A DNA stretch of 56,874 nucleotides, the filler included, from Jimgerdemannia flammicorona (taxonomy: Eukaryota): assembly GCA_003990765.1 (NCBI GenBank). It is 3 parts of 3 records of this genome, joined end to end, with 100 filler letters (N's around TTAATTAATTAA, not from the genome) between each part and the next. Parts side by side here need not be neighbours in the genome. Positions count along the whole stretch, not along the records: positions 37,990 to 56,874 come from RBNJ01002082.1; 2 more parts are not named here. The stretch is one strand, 5' to 3'. The first letter of the stretch is position 1, and each line of letters opens with the position of its first letter. The position numbers were made by a program, and so were the translations under genes. Of the stretch, positions 38,501 through 48,354 are shown one piece after another. Below the pieces are notes generated by a model that worked only from the letters and a program-made list of their open reading frames with translations, searched no databases and had not been told where the DNA came from.

Positions 38501-38705
38501 GTTGTGATATACTACTATTACTATAACTACTTTTAAGCAAGTACTTTCTCAAACTAAAGGCTTCTTGGTACATATTGTATACTAAGTCTCTAAGTAATAC
38601 CTTATTTCTCTAACTATCTAAAAGATAAGAGAGGGGTAGAAATAAGAGTTATTATAACTTAGTAGCAGCAGAATTACTAAGCCAAAAAGACATCAAGAAT
38701 ATACT

Positions 38706-39496
38706 TGTAATAGAATGATGAACGACAAATGATCACATGACCTGGCGATGACGTCATCATATGATCGAGCGCAGCATATGAATAATGAGTGACGAATGAA
38801 TGAATGATATGAAACAATGTGGAAAACAATATCCAGCTTATCCCTAACAATCAGCACCACAGCAACAGTTGCCATAGTTGCTGATCATTGCCTAGTAATT
38901 GAGGTCCTGATCATAAAGTTGTTTTTGCTAAAAACCACCTGACAAAGGTCGCGATCACAAACCTCACTATAGCTACCAAATTAGTCACTCATACTTTGGT
39001 CAGAAATCATGGACCAACTTGTATAAATACCCCCCAGTTTCTATCCAAAATAAAGTAGTTTTAGTTCAGTCCTTGATATAAGAATCAAGTCCCCCCACAC
39101 ACACATCCCCCTGAGTCTTAGTAATGACATCTAAGTGACTCTAGTGTTTCTGACTAAACTCCAGAAGCCTAGCTAACTTCTGCCAGAACTGAGACTGGTA
39201 TATAAATCCCCAAAGACTTAAGTAAACCCATTGAACCTGAATTCCAAGGCGAATTCAGTCTGTGCACAGCAAAGAACAAGACCCTCAAAATAGGGCACAA
39301 GAGAAAGACCTTTGAAACAGAAGGCAAACCAGAGAAAGACCTTTGAAAGATAAGGCACTGCCACTACAACTACTTAAGCGAGTGTTTCCTCAAACTGAAG
39401 ACTTCTTGGTACACATTGTGTACTAAGTCCCTAAGTAATAGTCTACTTCCCTCTTATCCTAAGGATAAGAGAGGGGTAGAAGTGAGAGTTATTACA
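38706..39496 (+). repeat. E4 5' LTR
   Basis: TGTAATAG...TATTACA, direct repeat of 47061-47851. Confidence 0.95.
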
Positions 39497-39499
39497 ACT

Positions 39500-42400
39500 T
39501 AGTAGCAGCGGATTACCAGCCAAGAAGGCACCAAAGAGCATACTCCTAAAGTTGGAACAAGACCAATCTTGGACAGGAGTAACCCCCAGAAACAACTGTG
39601 GATCCTCAAACCAGAGCTAGAGAAGCCCTTGCCATTAGGACCAGGTGGTACCAGGAAACCACAGACCCAAGGACCCACTAGCTTGTAATTGACCAGGCTT
39701 ACAAGGATCTATACCAGGCCTTTAGGACATACCACCCAGGACTTAGGAATATTGTTAGCCGCCATAGGTTCTACGAACTCCTCCGAGGATACATTGGAAC
39801 TACTAGGATCCCAGAATCTACTGCTGCAGCCACCCAGGATTTTCTAGATTATATTACACCCCCTGCTGCAAGAGAAGCAGCTGCCGAGTGGATTGCCTCT
39901 GACAGATATCATCATACACCAACCAAGACCTCCCTCTATTACAGGCTAGTTATACATATACTATGCCTCTGCCATAACTAGGTACGAGAACGAGCAAGCA
40001 GGTCACCCATCCCCTACTGCTGAACAAGGAGCAGGTCCATCAATCCAGCCAGAGACTGATATCCTCTTTGAAGGACCTAGTCAGTATAAGGACGCACTAT
40101 CTCATCAGGGAAGGGAGTCAGACGAAGACCCTACAGGCTACCAGTCTGACAATAGCCAATGAGGAACAGCAGGCCTAGGAATTTACCAAGGAACTACAGG
40201 TCAAGCAGATCAGACCCCAGAACCAACTCAGCCACCTATACAGAGATTTGGTTTACCCTCTCTCACAGAACTCTTTGACTTAATATCCGGAAATCAAGTA
40301 ACTCCAAGTCATACAGCCCCACAACCCCACCAAGTGGAACAATCTTCAAGAGAATCCACCCCAACAGGCCCACCACCAATAGTCAACACAATGGTAGATG
40401 CCAACATTACAGTACTGACCACCCAGCTAGCAGCACTAGCAGGGATAGTAGGACAGATTGCTGAACAGAACAAACCAACCAAGACCTTGCGAATCCCAAC
40501 ATTCAGTGGAAAAAACAGTGACATCGAAAACTTCATCAATGCAGTTGACACAGGCTACCAAGCAAACCAATGGAATGACAACTGAGTACCTATAGGAATG
40601 CTCACCAATAACCAGAACAGCACCCTTCAACAGTTGTTTGCTACATCAGCAGCACAAGTAGAAACAGTAGCCACATTCTTCACTGGAACAGCAGCCGAAT
40701 TCTGGCGAACCTTGGAACAACACCCAGTAATCTGGGAAGCCCACCCTCAAGTCAATGGATAAGTACCTAGCAACAATAGACCAGGTTGGGATGACTACGA
40801 AGCAGGCCCAGAACTCAAGGCCTTGCTACTGACCAAATTCCAAAATGCAGCCTACATATAAGAAACTTGGAACAAACTGTCCCAGATGAAGTTCCACAAG
40901 AATGGCGAAGAGGATCTAGAGACCTTTGCCACCAGAATGGATGCCTATCTCAAAACTGTTGGACTTACCTATCAGAAAAACAATCTGGCCATCAATGGTA
41001 CTAGAGCCAACCATCTCTTTGCAGCCCTACCAGACTGGCTCACCCAGAAGATCAAGGAATAAGGTCTTCCCCAAGGATGCCCCCACAACTCATGGTGCTT
41101 TGCCCAAGTACAAAGAAGAGCCTGCGAAATCCTTGCTGCACAAGCTCCACAAAACCAAGAACACAAGAAGGATAACCAAGATAGAAGAAATTCTACCAGG
41201 AGAAATGATCAAAGGAATGACCAAAGATATGATCAAAGATATGATCAAAGGAACCAGTGAAACCCCAGAGGACCCAGACCTCCCACTGAGGATGAAAAGA
41301 GGCAGCTCTGTGAAAAAGGATTGTGCTTCATCTGCAAGAAGGCAGGACACATCTCAGTCAAATGCCCCGAGAAGAGAAACAGATCAGGCAAACCCAGTAA
41401 CCAGAACATTACTGTCATTGGAGAAGGCCCAGGAAAGAAGAACCCCAAGAATGTCATCAAAGTACAGAAGATATGGTACAAGGCTACCATTCCCACTAAG
41501 ACCCACTCAACTAATGCTGGATATGACCTCTACAGCAGCCAAGACCTCACCATCCCACCAAGTACCAATGCTACAGTGCAAACAGGAATTACAATACAAG
41601 CCCCCAGAGGTACATACATCTACCTTGCTGAGCAAAGTAGCCTAGCCAAAGAGTTCAACATTGGGCTAGGAGGAGGAGTAGTTGACCAAGGATTTACTGG
41701 TGAAATCCATGTCATCTTGCGAAATTTTGGAGACACATCATTTGAAGTCAAAGCAGGCCAAAGAATTGCCCAAGCAATCATTGAAGAAATCCATCAAGAT
41801 CTCACTATTGAAGAAGTCCCCGAACTCTCCCAGACAGACCATGGCAAGAAAGAGTTTGGATCTACCAACAAACCTCTCAGTCAAAAGGTCACTACCTTGA
41901 AGGAAGATGATGAAAACTGGTACAAGAGAATTGCAGATAGTTATGCACCATGTGGATGATGCCCTCATTCCATTCGAATGTACTGCATGGAACATGTTAG
42001 TGAATGCCATGCATGCCTCTTCAAGGTTTTCAAAATCAACTCTGAAAGAAGCCAAGCTCAACAGACTGAGGAACCCAAACAAGATGACCCTCCTTGTGAA
42101 GGATGGGGAGAAACTGACTTCGAGGAGACTGACAGCAATTGGGACAACAATGAGGATGAAGAGCTCAATACCATCAAGAAGGAGGACAGTTGCATCAAGT
42201 TCACAGGCCAAGTCTACAGACAAAATGTCAATGTCTTGCTTGATAGTGGTGCTACTGGAAACTACATCAGCACCAAGACTGCTAAGAGGATTAGAGCCCG
42301 AAGCAGACCAACTACTGAGAAAAGAAGTGTTACCTTTGGTGATGAAAAGACTGCACCATTGACCAAGATCTGTGAAGACCTTTTGCTCAAAATTGGCAAA

Positions 42401-45400
42401 TATCAAGAGAAGTTGGACTTCAGCATCGTAGACCTCTCAGGACAAGAAATTATCTTAGGAAAAGCCTGGTTGACCCAGCACAACCCAGACATTAACTGGA
42501 GAACCAATGAGGTTAACCTGACCCACAAAGGCAGAAAGATCACCCTGACACCCCAGGAAGATACTAACCACCAAGGAATCAAAATCATCTCTGCCATTCA
42601 AATGAAGAGACTCTCTCAAAAAAAGGGAAACACCTACTTCATCTGTACAGTACAAGAAGTCACTGAAGCTACAAGTAGTCCAATTCCAACAGAAGCTCAA
42701 GAACTGTTTGAAGAATTCCAAGATGTATTCCAAGATCCTCAAGGACTTCCACCCAAGTGCCAAATCCAACATGGAATTGATCTTATTCCAGGATCTGAAC
42801 CCCCATACAAGAGTATTTACCAACTGGCCCAACCTGAGCTCAAGACCCTCAAGGATGAGTTGACCAAACTACTGGCCCAAGGATACATTGAACCCAGCCG
42901 CTCTCCATTTGGAGCCCCCATTCTATTTGTCAAGAAGAAGGATGGCTCTCTGTGAATGTGTATTGACTATAGAGCCCTCAACAAGATCACTATCAAGAAT
43001 CAGTATGCCTTGCCCAGGATTGATGAGTTGCTACACCAAATCTTCAAGGCCAAGACCTTTTCTCTACTGGATTTGCGAAATGGCTACCACCAGATTCTCA
43101 TTGATGAGAAGGACATTGAAAAGACAGCTTTCCGAACATGGTTTGGACACTACCAGTTCTGAGTCATGCCTTTTGGATTGACCAATGCACCAGCAACATC
43201 CCAGTATCTGATGAATGACATCTTTAGACCACTCCTCAACATCTGTGTCCTTGTGTATATTAATGATATACTAATCTACAGTGAGACAGTAGAGCTACAC
43301 TACACCCATCTCAGACAAGTACTGACTCTTCTGTGAGAACACCAGCTCTATGCCAAGATGAGCAAGTGTAAGTTCTACCAAGACCAGATTGAATACCTAG
43401 GACACATTATCTCTGCTGAAGGTATTAATGTAGACCCCTAAAAGGTATCAGCCCTTAAGGATATCCCTATCCCTACTACCCTCAAGCTACTCCAGTACTT
43501 TCTGGGTATTGCCGGTTATTACCAAAGGTTTATCCAAGGATATTCTGCTATTGCAGCCCCATTGACCAGCTTGGCCCATAAAGGAGTAAATATCAAAGCT
43601 GAATGGACCCCTGAATGCACCCTGGCTATGGACCATCTCAAGAGACTCCTTACCGAGGCCCTGGTGCTAATTGCACCTGACCCTACCAGACCATTCACTC
43701 TGACCACAGATGCCTCTGATATTGCTATTAGAGCAGTACTCAGTCAAGAAGACCACTCAGTGGCCTACCTTTCACAGAAGCTCAAGCCAGCTGAGACCTG
43801 GTATACTACTCATGAGAAGGAACTCCTGGCTATTGTCACTGCACTCCAGGAATGGCACCACTTCCTCCTAGGACAGCCATTTGTAGCCTACACTGATCAC
43901 CATGCACTGCAGTATATTCACATACAGCCCATGCTGACCCACAGACAAGCCCGCTGGATGGAAATCATTGCCAACTTTGATATGGAAATCAAGTATATCC
44001 CAGGCAAAACCAATTGTGTGGCTGATGGTTTCTCCAGATACATGGAAGACGAACTTGTCTTCATGGTCAAAGTAATTGGAGACCTTATCCAAATGATCAA
44101 GGATGGCTACCAGCAAGATAGCCCCCTGATGAATTTCCTTCAATTCTGCCAAGACCTAGAGGCTGAGGTTCCAGAACCCATGAGGCAAATGGCCAAGAGA
44201 TTCACCTACCATGATGGACTTATCTACAGGGACCATGACAGAGTGGTTGTACCCAACAATGATACTCTGCAACTCAAGATCATGCAGGAACTCCGTGATA
44301 CTCCTACAGCAGGACACTTTGGTTTTGAAAAGACCTACAACCTCCTCTCAAGAGAGTTCTACTGACCAAAGATGACCAAGGATATCAAAGACTTTGTGGC
44401 CTCATGCAAGATGTGCCAAAGGTTCAAAAGTGGTAACAAGCTACCAGCAGGACTCCTGCAACCCTTGCCTATCCTGAGTCACAATTGGGACCAGATTGCA
44501 ATAGACTTCATTGTCCAACTCCCCAAGACCAAGGCAGGATGGGATGCCATTATGGTATTCATGGACCGCCTAAGTAAGCAAGCCCATTTTGTACCCACTA
44601 AGACCACTGCTACAGCATCAGAGATTGCCAAGATTTTCCTCAATCAAGTATTCAGGCTACATGGTATGTCTAGCACTATTGTATCTGACCGAGACACCAA
44701 GTTTATAAGCAACTTCTGAAAGGTATTTTTCTCCCTCCATGGAACCAAGCTGAAGTTCTCTACTGCCTACCACCCTCAGACTGACAGTCAAACTGAGCAA
44801 ACAAACAGGACTCTTAAACAGATGCTGAGCATCTTCTGCTGTTACAAGCAAAATGATTGGGACAAGTACCTAGCCCATGCTGAGTTTGCCTACAACAACA
44901 GTCAGCAAACCTCCACAAAGAAGACTCCATTCTTCCTGAACTATGGCCAACACCTAAGGACCCCAAGTACTACCGCGAAATCAGCAGTCCCAGCAGCCCA
45001 AGATCTGGCCAAGACCATTTCTGACCTCACCCGAATGACAAGAGATGCTCTCATAGAAGCACAAGACTACCAGACCAAGTATGCGAACTTGAAGCAAAGA
45101 GAAGCCTCCTACAATATTGGTGACAAGGTCATGCTTAGAACAGACCACCTCCACCCAGACACCCTGGCCCAACAACCAGCCAAGAAACTCTATGCTAGAA
45201 GAATTGGACCATATAAGATTGTGGAAAAAATCAGCGAAGTCAACTACAAGTTGCAACTTCTCTACAATATCCGAGTACACCCAGTATTCCATATCAGCCA
45301 ATTGGTGGACTACCATGAGAACCCATTCTCCAAGTATACAGTTCCACCACTACCCCCAATTAGGATCAATGATCATGAGGAATTCAAAATTGAGGAAGTA

Positions 45401-45583
45401 CTTGACCACAAGGTCTGCAAATATCCCAAAACAGTCAAGTGCTTTTTCCTGATCAAGTGGAAGGGTTACCCCACCCATGATGCTACCTGGGAAAAAGAAG
45501 AAGCCCTGAAGAATGCACATGAAGCCCTCCAGGACTACATGGAAACACTCACCCCCCAGCAAAGGAAGAAACTACAGCTCTAA
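39500..45583 (+). pseudogene. E4 extended gag-CCHC-dUTPase-ZnF-PR-RT-RH-IN-chromodomain
   Basis: Track ORFs 40334, 41321, 41978, 42956, 43562, 44372 and 44822 share one frame. Motifs [44 protein letters not shown] and FLIKWKGY. Start position uncertain. Confidence 0.93.
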
Positions 45584-46153
45584 GCATAGGAGCATACAGC
45601 GAGCAGAAGGATACCATATATTTTATCTGGAAACATATAATACCAAACATTGTGAAAAAAGGAACACTATAGATAACCAATAAGAAGATACTAAGCAAAA
45701 GAACAATCTAGTACAGTACAGCAAAATACATTTGAACAACTCCATTTCATGCCATCTGTGTCATCTCTGCAGGATGATGACGGATGCTTCATGTGAAACT
45801 TAGGAAAGCCGACAATGTCGAAACCAGTCTAAGTCCATCCATGTGACAGATATTGTTACTAGGAATTGCCTCAGATTACAAGAAAAGTCTATTTCCAAGA
45901 GGTTCGAACCTCCAGCCATGACAATGGGAGCCCTTGCCCTAGACAAGGATGGCTAGTCCTCGCAAATGTGCCAACCAGACAAAAAAAAAGTGGACCAAGA
46001 CCTGTTAACCCTGTGTAACCACAACTATGGGTGATGAGATCTTTGAAATCAGAATTTTCTCATGTGACCAGCACATGCTCTGCTTATAGCACAGGTCATA
46101 CATTTTGCCAGAAAGCGTGACCAAAGGAAGGTCACATCAGATGGGTGAATAAG

Positions 46154-46161
46154 TATAAATA
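46154..46161 (+). promoter_or_regulatory. Internal TATA box upstream of the E4 accessory ORF
   Basis: TATAAATA ~70 bp before ATG 46226, conserved in E5 (~54213) and preceded by decayed E-box-like CACATG/CATGTG motifs. Confidence 0.55.
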
Positions 46162-46225
46162 CCCAAGGCAAGAATACCCCGCAACTCTCATCTCCCTTTC
46201 CTCACAAAGAAAAGACAAGACAAGA

Positions 46226-47049
46226 ATGCCTGCCACCTGCCACCAAACTGCCCGCCATAGCCAGCCCCTCCCAAGCCAGGTTGACTGCCTCTTTGGACAC
46301 ATCCAGGTTGCTATCCAAGGAAGGAACTGCCACTCAGAGGCCCTTAACCTCTCCAGCTCAGACCTAGGACAGTATGTCCTTGACTGCTGTGAAATTATTG
46401 AAAGAGCCTACCTTGCTACCAGCCACCTAGAAATCTGGCACGAATATGAAATCGGTCACCAGCTCCTCCAACATATAAGTGGCCTACCTACAGACCAGAT
46501 CTCTGACTGGACCCACCTAGACAGGCATGAGCAAAGACTTGCTAAGAAGGTCCATCAAATCATGTGCCATGCACCCTTCGCGATCCCCAACCTCAACTAC
46601 ATACAACTAAAGGACTTCCAGAACCTCTCTTTCCTGAGGTCGATGACCTAGAGATCAAGGTAGCCCAAGAAGCCAACTTCTGGATCACCCCTAAGTCTAT
46701 TGACTGCGAACCCTACTGGAGCCCCCTCCTGAATGACAACCCTGACCAATGGCTCCAAGGTCTCTCTGACCTCTTTGAAGGACCACCTATTCAAATGGAT
46801 ATTCCCAGGCATGAAGATCAAGAGCCCTACTTGGATGGCCCCAACCACATCAGATGGAGAACTCCTACACCTATTCCAATGCAAGAACCATTTGCAGACC
46901 TCATTGACTTCTCCATCCTGGACAGCGAGCCATCTGCAACCACCAACCCCCCTACCTCTGAAGAAGAGAGTAATGACCCTGAGGAGGATTCCCCACCTTT
47001 CTCTCCCCTGGTTCTCAATTTCTCAATCAACGAGGACATTGATTTCTAA
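46226..47049 (+). pseudogene. E4 accessory protein (~274 aa after repairing a 1-bp deletion)
   Basis: Track ORFs 46145 and 46564 join at ~46632; the E5 copy reads NLSFSKIDELE in frame there. The stop codon abuts the PPT. Homologous to the E1 LTR ORF over more than 200 aa. Confidence 0.85.
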
Positions 47050-47060
47050 GGGGGGAAGGA

Positions 47061-47851
47061 TGTAATAGAATGACAAACGACAAACGATCACATGACCCGG
47101 TGATGACGTCATCATACAATTGAGTGTGGCATATGAATAACGAGTGATGAACGAATGAATGATGCAAAACGACATGGAAAACGATATCCAGCTTATCTCC
47201 AACAATCGGTGCCACAGCAACAGTTACCATAGTTGCTAATTATTGCCTAGTAATTGAGGTCCTGATCACAAAGTTGTTTTTGCCAAAAACCACCTGATAA
47301 AGATCGCGATCACAAACCTCACTATAGTTACCAAATTAGTCACTCATACTTTAGTCAGAAATTATGGACCAACTTGTATAAATACCCCTCAGTTTCCATC
47401 TGAAATAAAGCAGTTTTAGTTCAGTCCTTGATACAAGAATCAAGTCCCCCCACACACACATCCCCCTGAGTCTTAGTAATGACATCTAAGTGACTCTAGT
47501 GTTTCTGACTAAACTCCAGAAGCCTAGCTAACTTCTGCCAGAACTAAGACTGGTATATAAATCCCCAAAGACTTAAGTAAACCCATTGAACCTGAATTCC
47601 AAGGCGAATTCAGTCTGTGCATAGCAAAGAACAAGACCCTCGAAATAGGGCACAAGAGAAAGACCTTTGAAACAGAAGGCAAACCAGAGAAAGACCTTTG
47701 AAAGATAAGGCACTGCCGCTACAACTACTTAAGCAAGTGCTTCCTCAAACTGAAGGCTTCTTGGTACACATTGTGTACTAAGTCTCTAAGTAATAGTCCA
47801 CTTCCCTCTTATCCTAAGAATAAGAGAGGAGTAGAAGTGAGAGTTATTACA
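47061..47851 (+). repeat. E4 3' LTR
   Basis: Direct repeat of 38706-39496. Confidence 0.95.
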
Positions 47852-48219
47852 ATACTCCTGAGAAGTTAGAATAAGACTAATCTTAGACAGGAGTAACCCC
47901 CAGAACCAACTATAGATTCTCTAGAAACAAACCCCCAAACCAGAGCCAGACAAGTCTTTACTATTAGAACCAGATGGTACTAGAAAACCACAGACCCAGG
48001 GATCCACTATCTTATAATTGACCAAATATATAAGAATTTATACTAGGTCTTTAGAACTTTCCACCCAGGTCTTAGGAATATAGTCAGCTACTGTAGGTTC
48101 TATATACTTCTCTATAGCTACCTTGGAACTACTAGGACTCAAGAATCTACTGCTGTAGCCACTCAGGAATTTCTGGATTATATCTTACCTCTGTTGCAAG
48201 AGAAGTAGCTGCTAAGTGG

Positions 48220-48314
48220 GTGGGGAGGGGGATCTGAGGGGCATTGGTTGAAATGGATGAGGGCATTTATGTATTATCTATAGAATGTGCGTAATAAAGG
48301 GAAGTCCAAGTGAC

Positions 48315-48348
<34 letters not shown>
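48220..48348 (+). mobile_element. Short 5'-truncated polyadenylated retroposed insert (LINE 3' end)
   Basis: AATAAA at 48293, ~30-nt poly(A), and a 21-bp TSD AGAGAAGTAGCTGCTAAGTGG (48199-48219 and 48349-48369). Absent from E4. Confidence 0.9.

Positions 48349-48354
<6 letters not shown>

Larger units (their letters stand above)
38706..47851 (+). mobile_element. E4: full-length chromovirus-type Ty3/Gypsy
   Basis: 791-bp LTRs at 38706-39496 and 47061-47851, TSD ATACT, PBS-like TAGTAGCAGCGG, PPT GGGGGGAAGGA. Confidence 0.96.

Noticed and set aside
37938..38573. 211-aa ORF as a complete gene
   Set aside because: Its first ~25 codons are antisense E5 LTR fused by chance to a truncated LINE, and it ends in Ns.
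45790..45835. Hammerhead ribozyme (stem followed by GAAAC)
   Set aside because: No CUGANGA core on either strand in the copies examined.
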